Source of the DNA: an uncultured Candidatus Rokubacteria bacterium
Lineage (GTDB): Bacteria; Methylomirabilota; Methylomirabilia; Rokubacteriales; CSP1-6
DNA: 64,000 nucleotides
Direction of reading: 5' to 3'
Assembly: GCA_963762145.1 (NCBI GenBank)
Contig: CAVXJS010000021.1
Coordinates: 1,024,001 to 1,088,000 of the forward strand
Position numbers and translations under genes: made by a program. Position 1 is the first letter of the stretch, and the number at the start of each line of letters is the position of its first letter. This document shows, piece by piece, positions 20,976 to 31,566 of the stretch. The notes below the pieces were generated by a model that searched no databases, was not told where the DNA came from, and worked only from the letters and a program-made list of their open reading frames with translations.

Positions 20976-21497
20976 CTACAGCGGCTTGGTCAGCGCTTTC
21001 CCCACGCCGCGCAGGATCTTGTCCGCGGGGCTCAGGACGGTTGACGGCTCCCGACGTGGCGGCGTCGGCGTCGTCGGCGGCGTCGGCGTGGGCGCAGGCG
21101 TAGGAAGGGGTGATGGTCGGGGTGATGGGCCCCGAGTGGGCGGGTCCGATGCCGCCGGAGGCGCCACGACACTGTCCGGCTTGTCACCAATCGACGCCAG
21201 GGTGCTTCCGCCCACTCCCATCGTCAGGATGATGAGCGCGTTGAGCACCCAGTACAGTCCGCGGAGCCACAGGCTCCGGACCGTCAGCTGCGCGACCACC
21301 GCGGCCGCGAAGAGGCCACTGACCACCAATGCCGCGATGCCCACGAACGAGTCGTCCACGTCCAGAATCCCGACGAGACTCTTCGCAATCATCCAGGTTG
21401 CCGCGCCGCAGAAGGCGGGGGTGAGTGTCGACTTCGGATCGATGATGAATGCGCCGGGCACCCGAGCGGCCGTCTGACGACTATCGTCCTGTGCCAT
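20976..21497 (-). CDS. Hypothetical membrane protein with Pro/Thr-rich tail
   Basis: About 3 TM segments followed by PTPAPTPTPPTTPTPP; GAGGAG RBS. Confidence 0.65.
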   Translation of the reverse strand: MAQDDSRQTAARVPGAFIIDPKSTLTPAFCGAATWMIAKSLVGILDVDDSFVGIAALVVSGLFAAAVVAQLTVRSLWLRGLYWVLNALIILTMGVGGSTLASIGDKPDSVVAPPAASDPPTRGPSPRPSPLPTPAPTPTPPTTPTPPRREPSTVLSPADKILRGVGKALTKPL

Positions 21498-21562
21498 CGC
21501 GACACTCTCCTCTCTGTTCATCGGCCACCGCCGCGGACAGACGAGCTTCGGGGCGCCGGGCC

Positions 21563-22705
21563 CTACGTCATCAGGCCGTAGAACTTCCCCGCGTTCTCGC
21601 AGACGATCTTGCGCACCGTCGCGGCGGGCAGGTGGCCGAACTGCTCCTCGATGTACTTGGAGGACTCCGGCCACACCCCGTCGCCGTGGGGGTAGTCGGA
21701 GCCCCACATCAGCGTGTCCTCGCCGATCTCGTGGATCATCTGGGTGCCGATGCGATCGAACTGGAACGTCGCCTTGCACTGCCGCCGCCAGTAGTCGCTC
21801 GGCTTCATCCGGAGCCCCAGGTCGCGGAAGCGGTCCTCCCACTCGAAGTCCATGCGATCGAGCGCGTAGGGCAGCCAGCCGATCCCGCTCTCGCCGAACG
21901 AGATGCGGATCCGCGGGTAGCGCTCGAGCACCGCGCTGCCGATCACCGCGGCGAGGATGTTGATGAGGTTCATCTGGAACCCCGAGACGCTCGTGAACAT
22001 GGCGGCGCGCTTGGTGAGGCCGGTCGCCTTCTCCCGCACGCTGGGCGGCATCGTCGGGAAGGTGTGGAAGTGCAACGGCAGGCCGACCTCGTTCACCGCC
22101 TGCCAAAGCGGCTCCCACGACGGGTGCCACATGGGCTCCATGTCCCACGAGCACGACAGCTCGAGGCCGCGCAGCCCCATCTTCGCCACCCGATGGATCT
22201 CGCGCACCGCCGCGCCGACGTCGCCGTGAGGCAGGCAGGCCAGCCCGATCTGGCGCGCCGGGTAGTGGCGGCAGAAGTCCACGAGCCAGTCGTTGTAGAT
22301 GCGGAACATCTCGGTGGCCGCCTCGTGATCGCGCAGCCGCGTCGCCGCGCCCAGGATGCCGAAGATGATCTCGGCCTGCACGCCGTCGCGCTCCATGTCC
22401 TGGATCCGCAGCGCCGGATCGGTGGGACGGCGTATCCCCTTCCGGCCGTCATCGTACAGACCGGTGGCCGCCATCACGTCGGCCCGGTAGTGGAGGCCGG
22501 GCACGTACTTCTGGCCGGAGGGCCCGACCCCGCCCACGAGACCGAACGCGGCGCCGTTCTTCGCCACCCAGCACGGGCCGTCGGGCCCCTCGGTGACGTA
22601 CGGCATGCGCTCGCGCAGGGCGGCGGATGCGTTGGCGGTGAAGAGATCGGGCGGGATCCAGGGCATGTCGATGTGGCAGTCGGCGGAGATCCGCGTGTAG
22701 TCCAT
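21563..22705 (-). CDS. Amidohydrolase_2 family protein
   Basis: ISADCH, PLHFH, ESGIGW, WGSDYPH. Confidence 0.92.
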   Translation of the reverse strand: MDYTRISADCHIDMPWIPPDLFTANASAALRERMPYVTEGPDGPCWVAKNGAAFGLVGGVGPSGQKYVPGLHYRADVMAATGLYDDGRKGIRRPTDPALRIQDMERDGVQAEIIFGILGAATRLRDHEAATEMFRIYNDWLVDFCRHYPARQIGLACLPHGDVGAAVREIHRVAKMGLRGLELSCSWDMEPMWHPSWEPLWQAVNEVGLPLHFHTFPTMPPSVREKATGLTKRAAMFTSVSGFQMNLINILAAVIGSAVLERYPRIRISFGESGIGWLPYALDRMDFEWEDRFRDLGLRMKPSDYWRRQCKATFQFDRIGTQMIHEIGEDTLMWGSDYPHGDGVWPESSKYIEEQFGHLPAATVRKIVCENAGKFYGLMT

Positions 22706-22796
22706 GGCGTCCCCCTCTGGCCGGCCATGATAAGCCATCCGGGCGGCCCGCCACGCGGGACTTGACACCGGGGCGCTCCGCCCCCACCGTTGTCGG

Positions 22797-24839
22797 ATGC
22801 CCGCGCCCGCCTCGACCGCCCCCGGGATCCCGGCTCCGCCCGACGGCCGCCTGCGCTGGGCCCTGGAGGTCGGGCCCCTGGCCGCGATCGTGGCGCTGCT
22901 CTGGGCCAAGCTCGTCTACTTCAGCGCGCTCCTTCCCAGCGAGTGGTGGGCGCCGGAAGAAACGATCATCCAGTGGATGCGCCCGGCCTTTCACGTCGTG
23001 ACCGCGGTCCAGGCCCGCCCCGAGGTCCTGGCCGCGACGCTCGCCGGCCTGCTGGTCCTGGTCACCTCCCTGCTGGTCCTGCCGCGCCTGCCCCGGGTGC
23101 TGGCGCTCCTCTTCCTCAACCTGTTCCTGACGTCCCTCGGCATCACCGATCTCGTGCACGTGCGCTTCTACGCCGACGTGGTCTCCCTGTCGGACGTGGT
23201 CATGGCGCCCATGGTCCTGGGGGTGCTCCCGCGCGTCTTCGAGTCGCTCTCGACGCTGAACGCGCTCTACTACCTGGACGTCGTCGCGGGCCTGCTCCTC
23301 CTGCCCTGGTACGTGCGCGCCTGCCGCCGCATCCCCTCCCTGCCGGGCCCGGCCCGAGTCGGGCTCGCGTTCGGCGTGCTCGGCGCGGGTCTCGTCCTCG
23401 CCGTCCCGACCGTGCGGATGGCCTGGCGCATCGGGCCCGCCCTGCTGGGATACTCCAATCCACGGATCGAGCTCGCCGCGTCGATCGGTATCCTGCCCTA
23501 CCACATGGGCGATCTGGCGCTCCGCCTGACCGCGGGGAAGCCGACCATCGGGGAGCCCGAGCGTCAGCGGGTCATCCGGTTCCTGGCCGAGCACGCGCGA
23601 GCCACGCAGGCTCCCTCTCCGCTCTTCGGCGTCGCGCGCGGAAAGAACCTCATCGTCATCAACGCCGAATCCCTGCAGGCGTTCCCGGTGGATCTGCAGA
23701 TCAACGGCCAGCTCGTCACCCCGCGCCTGTCCGCCTTCGCCCGCCAGAGTCTTCACTTCACCCGGTTCCACGATCAGACGCACCTCGGCACCACGTCGGA
23801 CGCCGAGTTCGCGGCCATGCACTCGCTTCACCCGCTGGCGGTCGGCGTGCTCTCCAATCACTTCGCCTATAACAAGCATCGGGGCCTCCCGCGCATCCTC
23901 TCCGAGCACGGGTACATGACGGTCTCGGCGTGCGCGGCCCAGGCCGACTTCTGGAACATGCGGGCGATGCATGGAGGCCTCGGCTTCCAGCGCTCCTACT
24001 TCGAGGACCGCTACCAGATGACGGAGCTCATCGGTCCCTGGCTGGCGGATCACGAGTTCTTCGCCCAGACCACGTCGCTCCTCGCGGCCCAGCCCGCGCC
24101 CTTCATGGCATTCATGCTGACCGCCTCGAACCACCATCCCTACCGCCTGCCTGCCGAGCATCGGGAGCTGGCGCTGGGCGACCTCGAAGGGACCCTGCTC
24201 GGCGACTACCTGCAGTCGGTGCGCTACTTCGATCGCGCCTTCGGCATGTTCATCGATCGCCTGGATGCGGCGGGGCTGCTGGAAACCTCCGTCGTGGTGC
24301 TCTACGGCGACCACCACGGCTTCCTCGGTGATCCGCCCGAGCTCGGTCGCCTCCTCGGCATCGCGGCCCGGGACGAGTACCGGACCCTGCAGGCCCGGAA
24401 GAAGGTCCCGCTGATGATCCGGCTGCCGCGCGGCGAGAAGGCCGGCGTCAGGACCGTGACCGGAGGGCACCTCGACATCGCCCCGACCCTCCTCGCCCTC
24501 CTCGGGATCCCGCACGAGTCCGGGCTGATGCTCGGGCGCGATCTGACCCAGGGCACGAGCTCCCTCGTGGTCTTCCGGGACGGCAGCTTCACCGACGGGA
24601 CGACCTGGTACGCCCACCGCGTCGGGGTCGCGGCCGGCACCTGCTACGCGGTCGTGACGGGCGCGCGAGTCGATTGCGCCGCCAGCACGGCGCAGCGGCG
24701 CGAGGCGCGGGCCCGGCTCGAGGTCTCGGATCTCGTGGTGCGCGGCGATCTCGTCCCGACCCTCATGGCCTCGGGCGTCGGCCGCGGCGGCGACAACCGG
24801 CTCGGGCAAACCAAGGCGCCTCGTCGCGCGGTTCGCTGA
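22797..24839 (+). CDS. LTA synthase family / sulfatase-fold membrane protein
   Basis: About 5 N-terminal TM; AESLQ, GTTSDAEF (catalytic Thr), SNHHPY, YGDH. Confidence 0.88.
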   Translation: MPAPASTAPGIPAPPDGRLRWALEVGPLAAIVALLWAKLVYFSALLPSEWWAPEETIIQWMRPAFHVVTAVQARPEVLAATLAGLLVLVTSLLVLPRLPRVLALLFLNLFLTSLGITDLVHVRFYADVVSLSDVVMAPMVLGVLPRVFESLSTLNALYYLDVVAGLLLLPWYVRACRRIPSLPGPARVGLAFGVLGAGLVLAVPTVRMAWRIGPALLGYSNPRIELAASIGILPYHMGDLALRLTAGKPTIGEPERQRVIRFLAEHARATQAPSPLFGVARGKNLIVINAESLQAFPVDLQINGQLVTPRLSAFARQSLHFTRFHDQTHLGTTSDAEFAAMHSLHPLAVGVLSNHFAYNKHRGLPRILSEHGYMTVSACAAQADFWNMRAMHGGLGFQRSYFEDRYQMTELIGPWLADHEFFAQTTSLLAAQPAPFMAFMLTASNHHPYRLPAEHRELALGDLEGTLLGDYLQSVRYFDRAFGMFIDRLDAAGLLETSVVVLYGDHHGFLGDPPELGRLLGIAARDEYRTLQARKKVPLMIRLPRGEKAGVRTVTGGHLDIAPTLLALLGIPHESGLMLGRDLTQGTSSLVVFRDGSFTDGTTWYAHRVGVAAGTCYAVVTGARVDCAASTAQRREARARLEVSDLVVRGDLVPTLMASGVGRGGDNRLGQTKAPRRAVR

Positions 24840-24872
24840 GGCGTCGCGCGTCCCGCGTCGCCTCCGGCGCGG

Positions 24873-25604
24873 TCAGCCCTGCAGCCAGCGGTGATAGACG
24901 GGCGTCCAGACGTCGAGGATCACGCGCGGATAGTGCCGGTTCTCCCGGCAGGACGCCGCGGAGCGGCCGTGCGATCCGCAGAAGCGCTCCACATGGTCGA
25001 AGTACCGCGCCGGGTTGCAGGTGCGGCTGCCCGCGCAGGCGCCCCGCTCGACGCCGGTCACCACGCCGCCGCCGTTGTAGCCGGCGAGCGTGAACGCCCA
25101 CCGATCGCGCGGCGTCGCGGCCCACGCGTTGGCCTTCCAGAGACGCCAGTCGAACTCGACCATCGCGGTGAGCGCCCACTTCGGATCGAGCGGGCAGCCG
25201 CTCGACGAGGGGCACGTGGCGCGCACCGACTCCGGGATCAGCCGGTTGATCCACTCGGCGGTCGCGGGCATGAACTGCGCGCACCCGAGGGATCCGCCCG
25301 ACGAGACCGCGGTGCAGTCGAAGCGGCTTTCCTGATGCACCTGCCCGAAGCCGATGGCGGGGTTCTCGGCCATCGCGAAGTGATATTGCCAGGCCTGCAT
25401 CAGGAACGCGCGGTACCGGGCCGCCCCCGGCGGAATCGCCGCCGCCGGCGGCGCGGGCGGCGGCGCGGCCACCTCGGGCGCATTGCCGAGACCCGGCACG
25501 GGACCGATCAGGGCCGTCACCTGCGCGCACGCGGTGACGAGGAGGGCGAGGCCGACCGCGCCGAGCAGTCGCCGGCCCGCGGGGCCCGTGACGAAGGCGC
25601 GCAT
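24873..25604 (-). CDS. Lipoprotein lytic transglycosylase (SLT), similar to Mu-like phage endolysins
   Basis: Lipobox LLVTAC, Pro/Ala linker, QVHQES (catalytic Glu), GCAQFMPATA, AGYNGG, RENRHYP. Confidence 0.85.
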   Translation of the reverse strand: MRAFVTGPAGRRLLGAVGLALLVTACAQVTALIGPVPGLGNAPEVAAPPPAPPAAAIPPGAARYRAFLMQAWQYHFAMAENPAIGFGQVHQESRFDCTAVSSGGSLGCAQFMPATAEWINRLIPESVRATCPSSSGCPLDPKWALTAMVEFDWRLWKANAWAATPRDRWAFTLAGYNGGGVVTGVERGACAGSRTCNPARYFDHVERFCGSHGRSAASCRENRHYPRVILDVWTPVYHRWLQG

Positions 25605-25903
25605 CAGAACGACGAGGCCACCGCCACGATGAAGGCCGCGATGATCACGCCCCGCTTGATCGAGAGCGCGGCGTAGAGCCAGGCGGACAGGCGCCGCTCC
25701 TCGATCCCCTGCGTCGGGTCCATCGCGGCGCGCAGCATGCTCCCGTGGTCCTCGTAGGGGAAGGCCTGCTGCACGTAGATCAGGCCGATGATCCCGCCGA
25801 GACAGGCGCCGACCGGCTTGTTCGCCACCACGGTCCCGGGCCAGGTGGGATACAGGACGCCGAGACTCCGGAGCGCCACGACCACCCCGATCAGCGCGAC
25901 CAT
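25604..25903 (-). CDS. Putative 2/3-TMS holin (Holin_2-3-like)
   Basis: About 100 aa, 3 hydrophobic segments, AFPY and KRGVIIAAFIVAVA like the Mu-type holin LFPY/RRA.IVAA motifs; TGATG coupling to the SLT gene. Confidence 0.65.
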   Translation of the reverse strand: MVALIGVVVALRSLGVLYPTWPGTVVANKPVGACLGGIIGLIYVQQAFPYEDHGSMLRAAMDPTQGIEERRLSAWLYAALSIKRGVIIAAFIVAVASSF

Positions 25904-26044
25904 CCACCGGACCCTCCAGATCTCTCAGCAAGTGCGCCACCGGAATCTCCTCATGTCTTGGGGGTGAAGACCCGCACGGTCACGACACGATAGCACCGTC
26001 CGGGGACGCCGTTCCCGGTTAGAATCCCCCGGGAGGAGGCCCCC

Positions 26045-26925
26045 ATGCCCGACACCGTGACGCAGCTCGAAATCGACCGGCGCGTGTTCGATCTCTACGA
26101 CGAGTACTGCCACGGCCGCATCGACCGCCGCGAGTTCCTCCGGCTGGCCGCGCTGGTCACGGGCGGCCTGGCGATGGCGCAGGCGCTGCTGCCGCGCTAC
26201 GCCGCGGCGCAGACCATCTCCTTCACCGATACCCGGATCAAGGCGCAGTACGTGACCTACCCGTCGCCCGGCGGCAATTCCGGACAGATGCGGGGATACC
26301 TGGTGCAGCCCACGGGTCGGGGCCGTTCCCGGCGGTGCTGGTGGTCCACGAGAATCGCGGGCTCAATCCCTACATCGAGGACGTGGCGCGGCGCGCCGCG
26401 GTCGAGGGCTTCGTGGCCATCGCCCCCGACGGCCTCTTCCCGGTCGGCGGCTACCCCGGCAACGACGACGACGGGCGCGCCCTGCAGGCCGGCCTCGATC
26501 AGGCGAAGCTGCGGACCGACATGCTCAACAGCGCGAGCATGCTCAAGTCGCACAAGCTCTCGAACGGCAAGCTGGGCGCCACCGGCTTCTGCTGGGGCGG
26601 CAGCACGGTCAACTTCCTCGCGGTCACGATGGGCGGCGACCTGCAGGCGGGCGTGCCGTTCTACGGCGCGGCGGCCGAGACCGCCGGCGTGCCGAAGATA
26701 AAGGCGCCGTTGCTGATCCAGTACGCCGAGACCGACCAGCGCATCAACGAGATGTGGCCCGCGTTCGAGAAGGCGCTCCAGGCCGCCGGCGTGCCGCACG
26801 AGATGCACATCTACCCGGGCACCCAGCACGGCTTCCACAACAACTCGACGCCGCGCTACCACGAAGCCTCGGCGAAGCTGGCGTGGGACCGCACCATCGC
26901 CTTCTTCAAGAAGCACCTGGCCTGA
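26045..26925 (+). CDS. Dienelactone hydrolase family protein (YghX-like, Tat), frameshift near 26320
   Basis: YDEYCHGRIDRREFL, HENRGLNP, GFCWGG, HGFHN. Confidence 0.88.
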
Positions 26926-26955
26926 TCGACCGTCACGCGATATCGGAGACGACCC

Positions 26956-28098
26956 ATGGCAAGCCCCGGCACCGGTCTTCAGCTACGCTCCACCGTGAAG
27001 AAGGACGGCACCCTCGAGCTCACGCTCGTCAGCGTGGCCACCCCCGAGCCGAAGCCGGAGGAGGTGATCGTCCGCGTCGACGCCTCTCCCATCAACCCCT
27101 CCGACCAGGGCCTGCTGTTCGCCGGCGCCGACATGAGCAAAGCGAAAGCCTCCGGCACGGCCGAGCAGCCCATTGTGACGGCGAGCCTCTCGCCCGCGGT
27201 GCTGAAGGCGATGGCCGGGCGCCTCGACCAGTCCCTGCCCGTCGGTAACGAAGGCGCCGGGGTGGTCGTCCAGGCCGGAGCGTCCCCGACCGCACAAGCG
27301 CTCCTGGGCAAGACGGTCGCCATCCTCGGCGGCGCCATGTACTCCCAGTACCGCTGCATCAAGGCCGTGCAGTGCCTCGTCCTGCCGCCGGGAACCACGC
27401 CGGCCGAGGGCGCCTCCTGCTTCGTCAACCCGCTCACCGCGCTCGGCATGGTCGCGACCATGCACGCGGAGGGGCACAAGGCGCTCGTGCACACCGCGGC
27501 CGCTTCGAACCTCGGGCAGATGCTCAACAAGATCTGCCTCAAGGACCACGTCGGCCTGGTGAACATCGTGCGCAAGCAAGAGCACGCGGACGTCCTCAAA
27601 AAGATCGGCGCCACCCACGTGTGCAACTCGAGCGCGCCCACCTTCATGGACGACCTGACCGAGGCACTCGTCGCCACCGGGGCCACGGTGGCCTTCGACG
27701 CCACCGGCGGCGGCACCCTGGCGGGGCAGATCCTCACCGCCATGGAGATCGCGCTGAATCGGACCGCGAAGGAATACAGCCGCTACGGATCCACCACCCA
27801 CAAGCAGGTCTACATCTACGGGGGCCTCGACCGCGGACCGACCCAGTTCACCCGCGCCTTCGGCATGGCCTGGGGGATCGGCGGCTGGCTCCTCACGCCC
27901 TTCCTGCAGAAGATCGGCTTCGAGGCCGCCCAGAAGCTGCGCGAGCGGGTCGCGGCCGAGATCAAGACCACGTTCGCGAGCACGTACACCAAGGAAGTCT
28001 CGCTCGCCGGCGCCCTCCAGCTCGCGGAGATCGCCGTCTACGCCAAGCAGGCCACCGGCGAGAAGTACCTGATCACTCCCAACAAGGGCCTGTCCTAG
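26956..28098 (+). CDS. MDR superfamily (zinc-type alcohol dehydrogenase-like/quinone) oxidoreductase
   Basis: PINPSD, VGNEGAG, FVNPLTA, HTAAASNLG. Confidence 0.88.
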   Translation: MASPGTGLQLRSTVKKDGTLELTLVSVATPEPKPEEVIVRVDASPINPSDQGLLFAGADMSKAKASGTAEQPIVTASLSPAVLKAMAGRLDQSLPVGNEGAGVVVQAGASPTAQALLGKTVAILGGAMYSQYRCIKAVQCLVLPPGTTPAEGASCFVNPLTALGMVATMHAEGHKALVHTAAASNLGQMLNKICLKDHVGLVNIVRKQEHADVLKKIGATHVCNSSAPTFMDDLTEALVATGATVAFDATGGGTLAGQILTAMEIALNRTAKEYSRYGSTTHKQVYIYGGLDRGPTQFTRAFGMAWGIGGWLLTPFLQKIGFEAAQKLRERVAAEIKTTFASTYTKEVSLAGALQLAEIAVYAKQATGEKYLITPNKGLS

Positions 28099-28270
28099 CC
28101 GCGCTCACGCTCGCTCACACCGGCCGGTCAACTCTTCTCGCCGGTCGGTATATCTACCCGGCTTCGTTCGGCCCGTCCCGGCCGAGGTGGGGTAGGCGGA
28201 CAGGGGCTTTCCTTCTCCTCGTCTTGTCTTTCTCACGACTTCGATACCCGCCGTCGCCCCTCGCCATCCA

Positions 28271-28286
28271 TGGCACGGTCATTGCG
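28271..28286 (+). promoter_or_regulatory. Sigma54 promoter of the GH28 gene
   Basis: TGGCAC-GGTCA-TTGCG, 27 nt before the ATG at 28314. Confidence 0.8.
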
Positions 28287-28313
28287 ATCCGCTGGAACAA
28301 TGAGCCGCAGCGG

Positions 28314-29913
28314 ATGACCCACTCGCGACGAGCTTTCTTGTGGCGCTCCGCCGGGCTCCTCGCGCCGTTCCTCGTCTCCCGCCGACCCGTTTGGGCCGCC
28401 GAGGCCCCGGAGCGAACCGTCCGCAGATATGGCGCCAGAGGAGACGGCCGCACCGTCGATACCCGCGCGATCCAGGCCGCCATCGACGCGGTCGGGCCAT
28501 CGGGGGGAACGGTGTCCTTCCCTCCCGGGGAGTACCGTTCCGGCACGCTCCGCCTCCGCAGTCGCGTCACCCTCCGTCTCGACGCTGGCGCGGTCCTGGT
28601 CGCCAGCAAGGACGACGCGGATTTCGATCCGGTCGAGCCGCTCGGCCACGACCCCTTCTCGGATCGGGAAACCTCGGACTTCAGCTTCGCCCTGCTCCAG
28701 GGACGCGACCTGGCCCGGGTGAGCATCCTGGGTCCAGGTCGGATCGATGGGAACCGCTCGAGCCGAGGGGGCCCCAAGCCGATCGCCCTCAAGCGGTGCC
28801 GTCACGTCCGGATTCGTGACCTCACCATCGCCAACGCGCCGAACTACAACATCAGCCTCCTCGGCTGCGACGACGTGGACATCGCCGGTGTCACCATCCT
28901 GAACGGATACTCGGACGGGATCGATCCGGACTGCTGCCGGAACGTCCGGATCCGCAACTGCCGCGTCGAGTCGCGGGACGACGCGATCGTGCTCAAGACG
29001 AGCTTCGCCCTCGGGGTTCGCGGCGCGACGCAGGACGTGACGGTGACCGACTGCCATCTCACCACCATTCACAATGCGCTCAAGCTGGGCACCGAATCCG
29101 CCGGCGACTTCAGGGACATCGTGTTCCGGAACTGCACCATCGTCGGGCAGTCTCATGCGTGGAAGGGCGACCTGAGCTCCGGCATTGCGCTCGCGACGGT
29201 GGATGGAGGCAGCCTCGAGCGCGTCTCGGTGTCCGACATTCACATGACCAATGTCCGGGCGCCCATCTTCGTTCGCCTGGGCAAGCGCGGCCGCGTCGCA
29301 GGAAGTCCCGATGGCCGGGAGATTGAAGAACGTCTCCATCTCGAACGTGGTGGCCGTCGGGGCCATGACCGCGTCCTCGATCACGGGCGTGCCCGGATAT
29401 CCGGTCTCGGAGATTCTCCTGAAGAACGTCCGGGTCACCGCGCGCGGGGGCGCCAGGGCAGAAGTCGCGGCGCAACGGGTGCCCGAGCTGGAAAGCACAT
29501 ACCCGGACGCTTTCATGTTCAGGGACCTGCCCGCCTCCGGGTTCTATGTCAGACACGCGCGCGCCCTGACGTTGGACAACGTCGAGCTGAGCGTCGATCA
29601 GCCTGACGCGCGGCCTGCGGTTGTTCTGGATGACGTCCAAGGTGCCCGCATGAGAAAGTTCAGCGCGACGCCGCCGATCGAAGGGCAGCCGCTAGTATGG
29701 CTCCGCTCGGTACGGGACTATCATCTCAGTGGCCTCCGAGCGCGCCCGGGAACGACGGCGGTGCTGCGGCTCAGCGGCGCGCACACCGCGCGCATCCGTC
29801 TGGAGGGAAATGACTTCCGCGAGGCTGACCAGGTCGCGATGATCGATGCATCGGTCGCGGCGACCGCGTTGCGGATCGGGGGAAATGTGATGTCGGGTCG
29901 CGGCGGCACCTAG
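28314..29913 (+). CDS. Tat-exported GH28 / pectin lyase-fold glycoside hydrolase, frameshift near 29295
   Basis: SRRAFL signal, YGARGDG...TRAIQAAID, DGIDPD, DDAIVLK, LKLGTES. Confidence 0.85.
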
Positions 29914-29931
29914 CCACGTCTCGTCACCGCG

Positions 29932-31554
29932 TCAGACGATCGATCGTGGTACTACCGCGTCCGGCGCGAGTGCGATCACCACGCCCTCGTTTCCACGCAG
30001 TGAGATCCGATCGGTGACGACCTCGCCATCACGATCGCGCCCGCTCGACACGACGATTTCCCCCTTGAGCTGGTTTTCGGAAAAGCTCACCCCGATGGCC
30101 TCTCCGCCCAGATTCAAGGCGATCAGGGTACGTTCGTTCTCGTGCTCTCGCACATACATCAGCAGATCCCCGGTCGCCACAATCGGCCGGTAGTGGCCGA
30201 CCCGCAACGACGGCAACCGTCGGCGTACCGCGATCAGCTGGCGATAGAGACCGTACATGGACGTGGGGTCTGGTCGTTCGCGCTCGACGTTGTCTCTTCC
30301 GAACCCGGTCGCCACCGGCAGCCACGGTTCTACCCGGGAAAACCCCGCGTGAGGCGTGGCGTCCCATTGCATGGGGGTGCGGGCGCCGTCTCGCCCACAC
30401 CCGATCCCGGGCACATTGCGCTCGAAGGGATCGCATACCCGATCGGCGGGGATGGCCACGTGTGGCATACCGATCTCATCGCCATAGTAGATGGTCGGCG
30501 TTCCCCTCAGGGTGAGCAGCAGCATGGCGGCGATGCGCGACTGATCCGGGCCGACGCGCCCCGCGATGCGCGGCTGATCATGGTTTCCGAGCACCCAGTT
30601 CGGCCAGCCGCCCGGGGGCAGCGCGGCCTCGTAGTCGTCGATGAGCTTCGCGATGTCGCGCGCGCGCCAGGGCACTTCGAGGAGCGCGAAGTTGAACGGC
30701 AGGTGCGTGCCTTCGAGATCGCGGCCGTAGTACGCCACGAGCCGCTCGATGGGCAGATAGATCTCGCCGATGAGCACTCGATCAGGAAACTCGTCGAGCA
30801 CCCGCCGGAGCCCCGCGATCGCCTCGTGCACCTCGGCCTGATCCGTCGTATAGAGCGGAACCACCGCGCGATGCGGCGGCTGGCCTGGCCCGAAGTCGGG
30901 GTTTGGCGGGTTGTCGCGGAACAGGGCGTCCTTGAGCAGATGCCAGATCACGTCCACGCGGAAGCCGTCGACCCCCCGCCGAAGCCAGAACCGCATGACC
31001 TCGTGAATCGCTTCCCGGACCGACGAGTTGCGCCAGTTGAGATCGGGCTGCGCCGCCAGAAACGCGTGATAGTAGTACTGGCCGGTGCGCGCGTCATGCT
31101 CCCACGCGCTGCCGCCGAATTCCGACATCCAGTTGTTCGGAGGGCCGCCGTTCGGGCCCGGGTCGCGCCAGATATACCAGTCTCGGTACGCGCTGTGACG
31201 GGAGGAGCGGCTCTCCCGGAACCAGGGGTGCTGGTCGGAGGTGTGGTTCGGCACCAGATCGAGCAGGATCTTGAGCCCCCGCTCGTGGGCGGCCGTCAGC
31301 AGCGCGTCGAACTCCTGCTGCGACCCGAACAGGGGATCGATCCCGGTGTAGTCGGAGATGTCGTACCCGAAATCGGCCATCGGCGAAGGGAACATGGGCG
31401 AGATCCAGACCACGTCGACTCCGAGCTCGCTCAGGTACGGCAAGCGCTGTGCGATACCGCGAAGATCGCCGACGCCGTCGCCGTCGGTATCTTGGAACGA
31501 GCGGGGATAGACCTGGTACATCACTGCGGTCCGCCACCAGGGCACCTGCTCCAC
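29932..31554 (-). CDS. GH13 alpha-glucosidase / oligo-1,6-glucosidase
   Basis: YQVYPRSF, DLVPNH, GFRVDV, IGEIY, GNHD, RDGARTPMQW. Confidence 0.92.
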   Translation of the reverse strand: MEQVPWWRTAVMYQVYPRSFQDTDGDGVGDLRGIAQRLPYLSELGVDVVWISPMFPSPMADFGYDISDYTGIDPLFGSQQEFDALLTAAHERGLKILLDLVPNHTSDQHPWFRESRSSRHSAYRDWYIWRDPGPNGGPPNNWMSEFGGSAWEHDARTGQYYYHAFLAAQPDLNWRNSSVREAIHEVMRFWLRRGVDGFRVDVIWHLLKDALFRDNPPNPDFGPGQPPHRAVVPLYTTDQAEVHEAIAGLRRVLDEFPDRVLIGEIYLPIERLVAYYGRDLEGTHLPFNFALLEVPWRARDIAKLIDDYEAALPPGGWPNWVLGNHDQPRIAGRVGPDQSRIAAMLLLTLRGTPTIYYGDEIGMPHVAIPADRVCDPFERNVPGIGCGRDGARTPMQWDATPHAGFSRVEPWLPVATGFGRDNVERERPDPTSMYGLYRQLIAVRRRLPSLRVGHYRPIVATGDLLMYVREHENERTLIALNLGGEAIGVSFSENQLKGEIVVSSGRDRDGEVVTDRISLRGNEGVVIALAPDAVVPRSIV

Positions 31555-31566
31555 GAGCGGTTCCGC

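Noticed and set aside
21055-21130. Short GC-rich tandem repeats as a CRISPR array or VNTR
   Set aside because: They encode the Pro/Thr-rich tail of a membrane protein; there is no repeat-spacer structure
24873-25903. Prophage
   Set aside because: No structural, replication, transposase or integrase genes anywhere in the window
25925-25927. In-frame TGA after a Cys (MRRFRWRTC-TGA-EIWRVRWM) upstream of the holin, a possible CU selenocysteine motif
   Set aside because: No redox fold and no convincing SECIS. It is better explained by a start at ATG 25903 (GGAGG RBS), or at GTG 25940 with an indel in the AGAGA run
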